The notes under the pieces are model-generated. The model was not told the origin of the DNA and did no database searches. It was given only the letters and a program-made list of their open reading frames with translations. Below, in pieces: positions 38,075 through 49,854 of a DNA stretch of 64,000 nucleotides; positions within the stretch are counted from its first letter, which is position 1, and every line of letters begins with the position of its first letter. The translations under genes were made by a program, and so were the position numbers. The DNA is from Mytilus californianus (Eukaryota), in the NCBI RefSeq assembly GCF_021869535.1, contig NW_026262734.1, positions 27,156,001 through 27,220,000 on the forward strand, written 5' to 3'.

Positions 38075-38106
<32 letters not shown>

Positions 38107-41100
38107 TGCTAGGATGAAATTTGAAAAAAAGGCAGGACAGGAGTTTTGAGAGAAAAAAAGGCAGGATGAGCAACTTGGCCCAAAAAAAAAGGCAGGATGA
38201 CAATTTATGTAAAAAAAGTCAGGATAAACTAATAAAAAAAAGGCAGGACCGAATCATGAGAGTGAAAAATAAAAAGGCAGGACAGAGATTACAACTAAAA
38301 AAAATGCAGGACAACATTTTTCATCCTAGCCCCCCTCCCATAAAAATCAAATGGTAGCACCCTTACTTTACTTTTGTTAATAGTTATTACACATTATGTA
38401 ATGCATAAATGCAAAAACTTCCTTTTTGAATTGATAAGTAGTCATAAATTAGTCAATTAAGTCTGAGGGTTGTATTTCTTGGGTTTTTTTGTCAAAGCCA
38501 AATATGGAAGTTTCATTTGCTAGTTTCAATTTCAGCTGTCATATTTCACAGAGTAGTGTTCTCTTATATAGCTATAAATCGTTTACCAATGCAGGACTTT
38601 AGTTATTTCTTCTATCCAAATATGATTTTTGTGCCCCTGCTTACTTAAAACCAAAAAAGTACCTTGATTACTTATGATATTTTCTAGATATTAAAGCAGA
38701 GTAGGGGTGTCACGAAATAGAAGTTCCTTCATAATATTAGTTCCAAATGGAAAAAAATATTCTGGAATATTATTTCCACTGGAATAAATATTACAGTATA
38801 TGTTTCTAACGGAATAAATGGTATAGGATATTTGTTCCAACAGGAACAGATATTATGAAATTGTTTATAACAAAGTTTCCAGTGGAACTTCTGTTAGGCG
38901 GAACAAATATACGTTGACAGGGGTGTGTACGTAAAACTGGTTTAACCCCACTCAGTGCCTCACTCACTCCAAGGCTATCTGGACAATGTGTTGTTGTTTG
39001 TCTTTGTTAGTACATCGTTTTGCAGACATGAGTTGGTATTGTTATAATAATATAATATAATAATATTTTATTCAATAAAATATCAAGCATATGAGTTAAT
39101 ACAATACTCAATATATACGATACATAAAGACATTACTAACACATACTTTGTAAAATATAATGGTATTTTATGAGTGTAGATAATCGTTAACTGCATGGAA
39201 AAAATTTGCTGATATTTTATCAGGGATAACCCATGAAATCTTTAAAGCTTGTTTCCAATGGGGTCCCTACATGTAAACGGCTTATAGTTTAGACATACAA
39301 AAAAGATATCACACAAATTAATATGACATAAAAAATTCATATAAGAATATTTTGAATAAAAAATGAGTTTAATAATATAAAAAGAAGTCTGATGAGGCCG
39401 CACTATAACTTTTGGTCAAGTACTCTTTAACACTAATTTTGAAATCCTTTATTTTCTTTATTTTTTTAACATTATTTGGCAACATATTCCAATCTTGTAT
39501 GCCATTAAAATAAAATGTATCTTTTTGTTGACTCTTTACTGGTGGAACCCAGAAGTCATATTCACTATTTCGTGTGAAATGATGATGAAGATGTCTCACC
39601 TTTGTAAAATTTGTATACATATAATTAGGACAATGATGGTAATAGATATTATGAACATGGTTTAATCTCAATTGTTTAACACGATTTTCAATATTAACAT
39701 AACCAATACTATTCAATACATCATGGTCAACTTTTGATCTATATCCAGTATTTTTTATAAATCTAACACATTTGTTTTGTAATACTTGTAACTTATCTTT
39801 ATATTTTTTGCTGACACCAGCATACCATGCAGAACAGGCATAGTCAAAATGACATTGAATTAGAGCTGTAATTGTTGGTGTGTGTCATCTGATCATGTAC
39901 TGACCGATATTTTCAGTAATTCTGTTATCCTTTCATGTATTACCGGTACTTTAAAACTTTGTGCATTATGATATTAAAGTGAAAATTGAAATAAAACTGT
40001 CATACTAGATTCATTTTGAAATGTGTCATTACTATCTTGGTACGACCAACAATTACTTTATAAGATACTTTGATGAGAGATGTCTTAGATGTTTTTTGTA
40101 CCAAATTAAGTGGATTTATGAGTGGTTTTGTTGTATATTTTGTTTAATAACATATTGAGGTCTGTGCAGAGGTGGTTATAAGGAGGGGGCTTATGGAGCT
40201 ACGCATATGGTCAATGCATAGACTTTTTACAAGTTCCACTCCAAACGTTGTCTTGTTGTTTTGGCCTCCTCCCCTTTTTTCTAAATCCTTGATCCGCATC
40301 TGCCGTAAAGAGTCAGGTGCCACATGTGGAGCAGCATCTGCCTACCATTCCGGAGTACCTGAGATCACGCTGGATTATAGTGGGGCTCAGTCTTTAGTTT
40401 TCTATGTTGTGTTTTGTGTACTGTTGTTTGTCTTTTGGTCGTATTTTGCCATTGAAATGTCAGTTTGATTTCGAATTATGAGTGTAAACATCCCTTCGGT
40501 ATCATTCGACACTCTTTTACGTACATGGACACGAACCACAACTATGTAAGGCTCATCAAAAACAACAGTTCACTTCATATGTTCCTGATTTGTTGATGTT
40601 TAGATTTGCAGTTTCATTTAGTAAATACTCAGTAACCTTTAGTTTGAGATTTGCTGACTACTACAGTCCACTTCATATAATTCTGATTTGATGATGTTAT
40701 TACTTTTAAGAAAGCACTAACCTGTACACTTTGAGATTTGTTAAATACTCCACTTCATGTTTCTGATTTGATGATGTTATGGATTTTCAGTTTTATTTGA
40801 TTAAGTAAATTTTACTAACCTCTACAGTTTGAGATTTGTTGAATACGACTGTTCCCTTCATGTGTTTTTGATGTGATGAGGCATAATACTTTAGTTCTGT
40901 TGGGTTTAGAACCATGTATCTTTCCTTCCAGTTCTTAACTTGGTGTCCACGCTTTAATAAGTTTCCCTAGAAAACATATCATGTGTTTTTAAGTCCTTTT
41001 AATACAGACGAAATTATATACCGATATCTAAGAAGATACCATATGTATCTTGTGACAATATAATGTATTAACACACCTATAGCAACATACACTCCATGAT

Positions 41101-44100
41101 TCATAGCAATAAATATCATACTGGTGTGCGGTTTTAGACGTTGGTCCATTCAAAAGTGCCTACACCAAGTTATGACAGTTATGACTTTAGCAGTAAATCG
41201 ATAGCCGTCTTACAAGAATAACCCCAAAAAAGAAGATGGTATCTATATATCAGGGGATGTTCCAGGATTTTAGGTGAGGGGGGGGGGGGGGGGGGGGGGC
41301 GCAAACTTAAATTTTCGAAATATTCTTTATTAAGCTGAGGACAACCCATACTTTGCAAATTTTAGGGGGGGGCACGCCCGCTACGCCCCCGCCCGAATCC
41401 GCCCCTGTATATAAATATATATATGTGGCTGCTACATGGTCAAATCCGACCAGTGACCTTGGAGGATGACGGGCGACCTGACATCTCATTCACAAGACCT
41501 GTGACCTTTATAAATATTTAAAACCGTTTTACTTATATGTTTTATTTACCTGGTGAGTGTCATATATAGACATTGAAATTTTAGAAAAGACCTTCGTGTT
41601 CAGTGCATTTGTTATTAATAATAACATGTACACTGTTTTTTTCCTGCAAAAGGAAGAAAACTTGCATGCCTAAAATTACAATGAAAAAAAATTTTGGTCT
41701 ATACAAGCGTTAAGTACATTTATAGGTAAGTTTGCGAGAACAATTTTAAGTGATAATTTAATGTCTCTCTGAATTTTTTCTTTCGTGTTGGATGTCATTT
41801 TTTGGGGAATTCAATAAATTGTATATCTTAGATATATACAATTCCTTTCTTTGTTCCATTCATACGACATATATAAGGAAGAAGGCTCTTGTGAATAGTA
41901 CTTCCTGAAAAATGATTCTTTCATAAAGCAAAAAAAAAAATGTTTTTTTAGGGAAATGAATCCTTACAACTAGAAGAGGAACAGTATACAATAGCTTCGT
42001 GTCAAAGTAACCTTATTATTCAGCGATTGTTAAAACAATATACATAATCCTTTTTTCCTAATTAACGAACATCTTCTTGTAGCTGAAGGAGTCGTTACGG
42101 ATACATCAATGAGGTAGCAACCACACAACAGATTTTTTTTTTTCTCATTACGTTTATCTTGTTTACACAAAACATAGACTGACTTTATTTTCCTATATAC
42201 AATTTCACTGCTTGCTACACGGATATTTACGACTAAAGGTCAAATTGTTTTATGTTTACATAATAAATGCACTGATCTTGATAACGAACACAAATATTGA
42301 ATTAAGTTCGACAAGAGATTTTCCTTGTACAATAATAAATTACGTTTTTTTTTATTAATTTTTTGGCTTATCTATACACAGGATAATTTTAGATATGGCC
42401 ATGCACTTTATTACAAAGGCATACAAAATTCATTGACGTATTATAAAAATAGAAATTCTATGTTTAGTAGCCACCAACGAGTTTGGTCCCTTTTATATTA
42501 TGATGACAGATTGGTGTTTAACGTCCAATGGCAAGTATTACATACCAGGACGAGAGCATGTTAATGAGGGTCTGGATGGGGGGGGGGGGGGGGGGGGTCC
42601 TTCATTTCTTTATTTTTTGGTCGATTTTCTCTATTCTTTATCTTTTTTGTCTATTATTCTTTATTCTGTGTATTTTAGCAACCCATTATTCTCTATTCTT
42701 TATTTTTATGGCCCTTTATTCTGCACCTTTTGTCCATTTTGTCATTTTTGTTTCCGATCCCATGCTTTTAATACCAAGATACCACTATATTTGCGGGTCC
42801 CAAAACTATCAAAAAATGTATACTTCCTCCTTTGATTAATAAACAGCAACATATCAGGTTTTAATACGACAGTTGCGACCCCATTATTTAGCCTTATCAA
42901 ATGTTGTCATTACAGTTTTACTTCTGGACTTCTAATTAAAGTAGAATTGTTAATTGTTGTTTAGACTTTTATACACCATATTCTATTGAGCACCAACCTT
43001 TTTTAAAATGTCAATGACAAACTGTTCATGGACGGTATCTACAGATGATTTAAGTATTCCTTCTTTCACATGTTTAAAGATATGTACAAAGAATGTTGCC
43101 AGATATTTCTGGTATGTCATGGGTTCATCACCGAAGTCTTCAGTAGCACTACATAATAAATTATGATTTCCAGTTTGTGTTAAAATTCCTTCAAAAATTG
43201 TGGATGCCTCTTCTGGATCTAATTTGAGTGGGAAAATAGGTTTATTCGAATCGTCTTCTTCTGAAAACAAATTATACATCAGCCACAATTTAAATGCAAT
43301 GTTTTCTGGCACGTCATCTGGTATTGTTTTCCCTTTTTGATTATTGTAAAATAAAACCCAACAAACTTGGTGTACATGTTGATAATCGATGCTTGACAAG
43401 TCCATGGTTTCATCTGAGACTCTGGATAACGGTTCAAACATTAATGATTCAAGAATAACAAAATATGATTTGAAATCTAATTCTGTTTGGTCGGTTTTGT
43501 CATGGAGTTCTTCTGATTTTTCTATCCCTAGAGCATTTCCTATGCTGGCAGTCAATACCTATAAATGTACAAGTATGGAAACATTTAATGTTAATGTTGA
43601 AATGAAAACTAATCGAGATTCGTTTGAAGTCTTGAAATAAGTTACATGTTCAATATACATGTTTAGTTTTAAGCGTTGCTGGTGAAGCATCTTCGCTGGT
43701 GAAGGTAAATACAGAAATTATGCGCTTTGGGCGAAACTAATTTACAAAAGTGCTCTATTCAGTTGTAAGTAAACTAATACGGCGACGTAAAATATATAGA
43801 TTAAACTGCACAATTTGATGGAAAGATGATAAGTCTTAATTCGATCTTTTCCGTGAAAATAAAAAAAAACTTTAATGTAAAAAGATCTTACCTTTAATGT
43901 GTGAATTTGAACCATTTCGTTTTGTGGATCGATCAGAGTCTGGAAGGCATACCATATACTTTTCATTGCTTCAATCTTTAGAAGTTCAACCGAACTCGAC
44001 CATCGTCCACGTGACACTTTTGCTCCTCCGTGTCGATGAGGGTCTCTGATGGAAAATCCGGGCATTTTGCGTCGGTTTCTGAAACTGGGACGTAAAGTAA

Positions 44101-44146
44101 AAGATGCATTATCAATATAAAGAATAGACGGTCGACGACTGGCCAT
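30131..44146 (-). CDS. SWAP70: SWAP70/DEF6-family protein (EF-hand-like N-terminus, PH domain, coiled coil, long acidic tail), 9 exons, ~989 aa: complement join(43892-44146,42998-43558,40820-40966,37825-37933,34859-35031,34167-34229,33426-33592,32387-32585,30131-31426)
   Basis: IWYAFQTL..LK|VL matches SWAP70 IWHAFTAL..LKVL; AFKLWLMYNLFSE matches AFKIWVIFNFLSE; PH start GNLLKRGHQVKNWKERYMVL; ERQAKKDEETVRRLQAKLLDEES matches [33 protein letters not shown] matches LITNWGPAAF. All introns are GT-AG with consistent phases (2970 nt). Probably co-orthologous to vertebrate SWAP70 and DEF6. Confidence 0.9.
32387..32585 (-). CDS. SWAP70: SWAP70-like exon 8
   Basis: TAG|LLDEESEKRQELE...EKLE|GTATGG. Confidence 0.92.
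32900..33160 (+). repeat. Interspersed repeat with an internal 30-bp triplication (relatives at 40305-40518 and 62655-62865)
   Basis: CACCTGAGATCACCCC..GTGTTGCT..TCTTTAGTTTTCT core is shared by three copies. Confidence 0.65.
33426..33592 (-). CDS. SWAP70: SWAP70-like exon 7
   Basis: CAG|RREQLEAQ...DEETVRRLQA|GTAAGG, phase 2. Confidence 0.93.
34167..34229 (-). CDS. SWAP70: SWAP70-like exon 6 (63-nt symmetric exon, possibly a cassette exon)
   Basis: TTTTTCAG|REQMNEEMLRQRNLELEEEKR|GTAAGG, phase 0/0. Confidence 0.75.
34378..34720. repeat. 80-bp dimeric minisatellite (2 x ~40 bp), ~4 copies
   Basis: Units start at 34381, 34461, 34541 and 34620. Confidence 0.85.
34859..35031 (-). CDS. SWAP70: SWAP70-like exon 5
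   Basis: CAG|IQIALDNCENPH...EEGYKQ|GTAATA. Confidence 0.88.
35072..37305 (+). mobile_element. Helentron/DINE-like family 1 copy E (most complete: 160-bp, 35-bp and ~130-bp arrays)
   Basis: Both termini intact: TTTTTATACGACCGCA ... TGCGGTCGTATCAAGCTGCGCCCTGCGGAGCA followed by T-rich DNA. Confidence 0.85.
37395..37710 (+). mobile_element. Molluscan-type SINE, degenerate
   Basis: Core TGCTTCTCCACTAAGCA..GAGTAAGAATAGAGACTGGTCGGCTCGGA recognised from memory; tRNA-like 5' part. Confidence 0.55.
37825..37933 (-). CDS. SWAP70: SWAP70-like exon 4 (PH domain C-terminal half)
   Basis: CAG|ILPDKGGKHNLFVL...TRNEWVS|GTAAGT. Confidence 0.93.
38045..38365. mobile_element. MITE with ~30-bp TIRs and a poly-G tract
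   Basis: TAGGGAGCTACCATTTGATTTTTATGGG / CCCATAAAAATCAAATGGTAGCACCCTTA; internal AAAAGGCAGGA repeats. Confidence 0.85.
39045..39880 (-). mobile_element. 5'-truncated L2/Crack-type LINE 3' end
   Basis: Minus-strand translation ALIQCHFDYACSAWY..KLQVLQNKCVRFI..WNMLPNNVK. Ends in AATAAA plus a TATTA-type tail. Confidence 0.85.
40820..40966 (-). CDS. SWAP70: SWAP70-like exon 3 (PH domain N-terminal half)
   Basis: TAG|GNLLKRGHQVKNWKERYMVL...SQTVE|GTTAGT. Confidence 0.94.
41251..41407. mobile_element. Short MITE (CAGGGG..CCCCTG) with a poly-G tract, in a TA-rich site; relative at 55785-55955
   Basis: CAGGGGATGTTCCAG / GAATCCGCCCCTG termini. Confidence 0.7.
42998..43558 (-). CDS. SWAP70: SWAP70-like exon 2
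   Basis: TAG|VLTASIGNALG...FVIDILKK|GTTGGT. Confidence 0.93.
43892..44146 (-). CDS. SWAP70: SWAP70-like exon 1
   Basis: ATG in CAAGATGGCC context; ...IHTLK|GTAAGA. Confidence 0.9.
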
Positions 44147-44164
44147 CTTGACAAGACGGAAGTG
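44141..44164 (-). promoter_or_regulatory. ETS-like (CACTTCCG) and YY1-like (CAAGATGGCC) motifs at the SWAP70-like start
   Basis: Adjacent matches to known metazoan TATA-less core-promoter motifs; not tested. Confidence 0.45.
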
Positions 44165-44301
44165 ACTGTTTTAACAATATTTACTACCGGATGAATTGAA
44201 TCATTTTAATACTTACTACTGAAGAGATTAAGATATTTGTGTTGTAAATAATTGATTTAAAAAGCTTACTGTATTTTCCCTCAGTAGCACATACTCAAAG
44301 T

Positions 44302-44492
44302 GGGTCTCATTGGGGTCTAAGCGTGATGCGGGATTGGCCGATTTTTTGTAGGCGTGACACGTGAAAGTCAAATTATTTTTGCGTAAAAAAGGGGGAAACG
44401 AAGTAGGGCGCGAATCGTGAAATTACAAGCGCTATTATTACAATGATAAGCGGGATACGGGATTCTGACAAAACAATAAGCCAATGAGACCC
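44302..44492. mobile_element. MITE with a 12-bp TIR
   Basis: GGGTCTCATTGG / CCAATGAGACCC. Confidence 0.7.
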
Positions 44493-46644
44493 CCTCAAAC
44501 GGAAGCTGATTGTTTGAAAGTTCAACTACCGTCTGAAAAGTATTCTTGTTTCAACAAAAAGAAGGAAAGGCGATCAATCAGTGCTTTATACTTCTCCAAC
44601 TTAACAAAAACCTAAATGTTCAAACATCCGTAAAAGTAATGATTTCTAGGAAACATATATTTGAAGTAGTCACAACTTACCTTATCATTGCAAACAGAGA
44701 TATAAAAAATTGAAGATGACATGGAATTACCATACATGAATTATTATCTTAACATTTACTACATAACTGTCAAAAATTTAAACTGCGGTTTAAATTTGTG
44801 TGTACTATTTTACAAACATGTTTAGTATAAAATGATAAACATCGAAATCACAGACACTTCGGGGAAGGATCCACAATTTTCTGAAAATCTTATCACAAAA
44901 CAGAGAGAGGGGTTATTCCGTTTGCGCCTGTGGTTGAAATGTGCTGCCTTACTCTTTAGGTTTTTCTACTTGATGGTATCTATTGTGTACTGCAAAACTT
45001 TTCGTTAAATTTTATTTGTAAGCGCGGCATTGAACACAGTCTTTTATGCCGATCTTTAGTTATATAAAAATATAATATGTTTGAATCGTTTTTTTTTTTA
45101 CTTTAATATTCCGAACACACGCAGTTGTTCAAATGTTCGGAGAGATCCAATGCTACTACATTATTTTCTACAATTATAGCTTTATTTGTCTTTGTTTGAT
45201 TGTTTTTGTTTTTTTTATTGCCAACATGTAAAGGCGACTCGTAAAGTTCTATGGGGATCGTTTCAATAATGTATGATAAGAATGCGGTATCCTACCCAGA
45301 AAGATATAGAGTTTTATGAAAATAAATATTCAATTACATATGGAAAACTTCCGATATTGCGCGTCATGTTTGCTTATCATAAAATTTTACCTGTAATGTG
45401 TGTCAAATTCTTTATTCCGTTACCTTTTGTTTAAATAGCACAGTACAATTATTGTGTTTATAAAAGTAACAACTGATGACCCCCCTTTTTCTGCTAGCTC
45501 GTATCAGACAATCGCAAATTTATTTTTAATAATCTATTGATGTTTAGGTGTTATTTGCATATAATTGCGCTTGAAAAAAATAAATAACAACGATCTATAA
45601 TTGTTTTTATCCTGTTCATCTTATACACGGAAAAACGTCCTTAGAATATCTCTCGCCTCAGCTTCCGCTATCTCTGTAAGATTGTCAAGTATACCAAGTT
45701 ATTGTATTACCCATACAAGAAGTTATCGTATACATATTCAAAGATGTGGTCCTTGTTAGACCAATAATAATGAAGAAAAGATATACTTAATTCTGTATAA
45801 TCCTTTGCGACAATTGAGAGTGATATTGGATTCTGAGTAATACAGGATGGACAGGAAAAGAAGAAAGACACGGAAGTTTTTCCCATATTTGTCTCAATGT
45901 GTAAATCGGATAAATCCCGTTAATGATTTGCATTGTATCCACTCTTATACTCTCAATCTTACTTTCCTTCGTCCCCATTTACAACATCTTTTAGCACAAT
46001 AAATGTGAGCGACTTAGCTCTGTAATAACTCACGCTAGAACCTTTAGCGTGGCGGCTGTAAACTATTCGCATTAATGATATATTTGTAGTTTTATGTGTC
46101 AAACTTTAAACAACAGGTATAAATGTTTCTGTCATTAATTCATCTCAACTGAGTTATCAGGGACACTTGGAGTAATGAAGGTTTCAACGTCGTGTCTGCG
46201 TCCACAACAATTTTCCAGAAACTTATATGTCATGACCGGAATCTTTTATAGCTGACTATACGGTATAGGTTTTGCTCATTGTTGAAGGCCGTACAGTGCC
46301 CATTAGTTGTTTACATCCTCGTCCTTTTTTCTCTCTGTTGAATAGTTGTCTCGCTGGCAAACATGCCATATTTCCTTATTTTTTTGACACACAACATGCA
46401 GTCATTATTATCATAAATAGCCTTCGAGAGACTTGCCACGTGTTATAAGAAGCAAGTCGTAAGATCCATATCTTACGGTTGAGTGGCTTTGATTTTTAAA
46501 TTTCGTTGACTACAATATGTTTTATGTCCGAGTTTAGTTCTCATATACTCTTATAACCTTATGTAAGGATGTATCTATGGGACTATACCGCATCATGCCA
46601 ATAAAAAGGGGTCAATCTGAACTACATTTTACGCTTCACTGACA

Positions 46645-46857
46645 TACTGTAAATTCAGAAATTATTGCGATGTTTTTATTATTGCGAAAAATGCGACAGG
46701 GTTATTATCGCAATAATTTAAACTCGCATTTTGAAATTTTTTTTTTTTTTAATTAAACAGGATTTTTCTCTATATCGCAAAAATTAAAAACGCATTTTAG
46801 GCTAAAATGACAAAATCGCAATAATAAATGCACGCAATAATTTGTGAATTTACAGTA
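46645..46857. mobile_element. TA-flanked MITE (degenerate relatives at ~9821, ~13630-13802 and ~17611-17830)
   Basis: TACTGTAAATTCAGAAATTATTGCG / CGCAATAATTTGTGAATTTACAGTA. Confidence 0.8.
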
Positions 46858-47016
46858 TTCAGTTCAGTTCCCAGTTACTAAGTGACCTCAAATCAAATAA
46901 CTTTAGTGTAAGAACGCATCTATGTGAAAATATTAGCATTTCACTTCATTGTTATATGTTAAGTGTTAAGTCAAAGTTCATTTCTCATATACTAAGTGAC
47001 ATACATATTAGTACTT

Positions 47017-47519
47017 TTCATCGGCGATTTGCATTTGCGCCGATCTGCATTTCACTTGCGCCGATTTTTTCTTTCACTTGCGCCGATTATTTCTTTCATT
47101 TGCGCCGATTGTTTTACAGGTAAATTACAGATGAAAACTTTTTTTTTTTATTATTATAAACCTCTTCCGCTAGCCAGTTTTACATGTGTTATGAATTATC
47201 AATTAAAACATGCATATAACTGTTGCCCTCTGCCCACAATTGGGAGGTGGAAGCAGGATTCGAGCAAAACAAGTCAATTTTAAGGTTAAAAGCACTCTTT
47301 TTACATCCACTAAAATAACTGAGTATAGCAATTAAATATCAAATGATATAAATATATATTTACAGCCTTTGAAATATCAAAGGACAATAAAAACCTCTTT
47401 ACGCCATGAAAAAAGCACAGCACTAAAATGCAAAAAGGAGCAAATGGAACTTGAAATTATTGAATCGGCGCAAATGAAAGATTGAAAATTTATAAAATCG
47501 GCGCAAATGTCATACGCCC
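47017..47519. mobile_element. Left-truncated TIR element with TTGCGCCGAT subterminal repeats
   Basis: TTGCGCCGAT x4 on the left, ATCGGCGCAA x2 on the right, ending CATACGCCC. Confidence 0.55.
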
Positions 47520-48273
47520 TTTTTCACACTGTAGTTAAATGTTCCCAGATATACAGTAGTTTATTTGTAACGCTATTTTGTGCTACCTTTAATTTCCCCA
47601 TATTTTGTGTGTCACTTCATGCATATCATATTCAAAGGTGATAATACTACATCGAATGAGAAAACTCTCACAGACAGCATTTAAAAGTGTGAAAAATCTA
47701 TTCTCATGAAAATTTTCATAGCATAAAAATATCCTTACCTTGCTATTACGTCTTAATTCTAATATGTAAAATAACACTTAGTAAAATAATACAGTAATTT
47801 CCTGTTCATGTCTCAAAAAGGGGGTTTACGTCTACTTCCTGGACGTGTATTGGCTTATTGATACGACGAATGTGTATTACCTGTCGGTTTTAAACTTGAC
47901 AAACAAATGTTTTAAGATTTATCAATTGTGTACATATATAGATGTATCATTTAAAATACAAGTTGAGTTGGTAAATACGCTGTTTGTATATTTTACGTCC
48001 CTGTTTTATTATGTTTTGTTTGAATATGGTATTAATCGTCTTATGAATTCCTATATAATTTCCTGGTGTTTCTTGTGAATAATTTTCAGGAAACAGTTAT
48101 ACCTTAAAGACTATGATAATTGTTGTATTTGTATACACTGCTTAATTTTTTTTACCATGTGAAGGTTAAACATCTGTCAACATTTAATATAGCAAGCATC
48201 GAAGTATTATATTCAAGGAAGTATTAAATTGCTACAGTAAGATTCGCATGATCAGTTTGAATACCGTTACTTA

Positions 48274-49362
48274 TTTTTGTCGAGCCTGCGTAATTTATTT
48301 CGCAAAAGCGAGACATAGCAATCCTAGATTCCGTCGTCGGCGTCGTGACGTCAACATTTAGGTTAAGTCTGTGGTTAAAGTTTTTTTTAGACATCAATAA
48401 CTTTGTCAAACCTACATGGAATTTTATGAAATTTGGACAGAAGCTTGTTTATGACTAAAATACAGTATTTAGAGCAAAATTTTGAAAATATTTATTTTCA
48501 TTTTTCCGTATTTTACTAATAAATGGACTTAGTTTTTTACAGTTAACATTAAGATTTAGTCTGAGGTTAAAGCTTTTCAGTCATCGATAACTTTGTCAAA
48601 CCTACATGGAATTTTATGAAATTTGGACAGAAGCTTGTTTATGACCTAAATACAGTATCCAGAGCGAAATTTTTAAAATATTTGTTTTCATTTTCCGTAT
48701 TTTACTGATAAATGGACTTAGTTTTTTTTAGTCGACATTCAGATTTAGTCTGAGGTTAAAGTTTATTGAAACATCAATAACTTTGTCAAACCTACATGGA
48801 ATTTTATAAAATTTGGACAGAAGCTTAGTTAAGACCAAAAGACAGTATTAAGAAAAAAAATGTAAAATAGTTATTTTCATTTTTTCGTATTAAACTGATA
48901 ACTGGATTTTTTTTTTACATTTAATGAATAGGTACAGTCTGGGCTAAACTTTGTTACACATCAATTATATATCAAAACTTCATAGAAATTTATGAAACTT
49001 TGACAGAAGCTTTTTTATGATTAATAGATAATGTCTGAAGCAAACTTTTGAAAATATTTTTTTTTTCATTTTCAGTACTTTTCTGATAGATGGACTTATT
49101 ATTTTTACAGTTAACATTTACAGACAATCTGGGATTAAGATTTTTTGACACGATACATTTGTACACGTTCATGGATTGTTATGAATCTTGGACAAAAGCT
49201 AATCTTCACAAAAGACCATGAAATAACATTTAGTGAACAAGTTTTTGTTTTTTTAAATTCTGTATTTTACTGATAAATGAACTCACTTTTTTATGTCAAC
49301 ATTACACTTTTAAACTAACAGCAGCAATCGCAGGCGAGACACAGGGTTCCGCGGAACCCGTT
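48274..49362 (+). mobile_element. Helentron/DINE-like family 2 copy F (~170-190-bp array)
   Basis: TTTTTGTCGAGCCT start, GCGAGACA subterminal motif, GTC repeats, 3' perfect palindrome GGGTTCCGCGGAACCC, then a T-run. Confidence 0.8.
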
Positions 49363-49618
49363 ATGATTTTTTTTACATTGGTTTGAAGGAGTTACTGATT
49401 GATTGGTGTGTGTTTATATACGAAAAATTTAGGAACTTAAGGCGACATACAGCAAACATCAAACATTTGATCATTGTGAAATTATAAGTATACTTTGCAT
49501 GATATAAAGTGGTGAATAGAAACATACCTCTTCATAAGATGGTCACAAAAGCAAAAAAGAGAATACTATAAATCCTAGCATATGTTTTTATTTTGTTTCA
49601 GAAACAAAACACGGACAA

Positions 49619-49854
49619 ATGAGATTATTGCATGTTGTAAGATATCAGCTGTTAAAAAGAGCCTGTCATACAAGTCGTAGCATCACCAGTTTAATACTTA
49701 GTCAGACCGAGTTATCTAGAGATCATCTTACACCAGAAATAGCTCTCCATCTTATAACACCACGATGTAAGCTGTGGTGCAGCACAGGGGATGATTTGCC
49801 ATTTCCTGACCCATTCTGGGCATTTTATTGGCCTGGCGGACAAGTATTAACCAG
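49619..49854 (+). CDS. ETFBKMT: ETFBKMT coding exon 1
   Basis: MRLLHVVRYQ...GGQVLT(R)|GCAAGT, phase 2. Confidence 0.92.

Noticed and set aside
44671-44690. Perfect minus-strand donor AAG|GTAAGT upstream of the SWAP70-like gene as a possible 5' UTR exon
   Set aside because: No convincing acceptor before the ATG at 44146, which already has its own promoter-like motifs; unsupported without transcripts.
45255-46230. Protein-like stretches (RYPTQKDIEFYENKYSITYGKLP; ORF 45787-45978)
   Set aside because: Short and stop-riddled with no recognisable family; cannot be supported without a database search.
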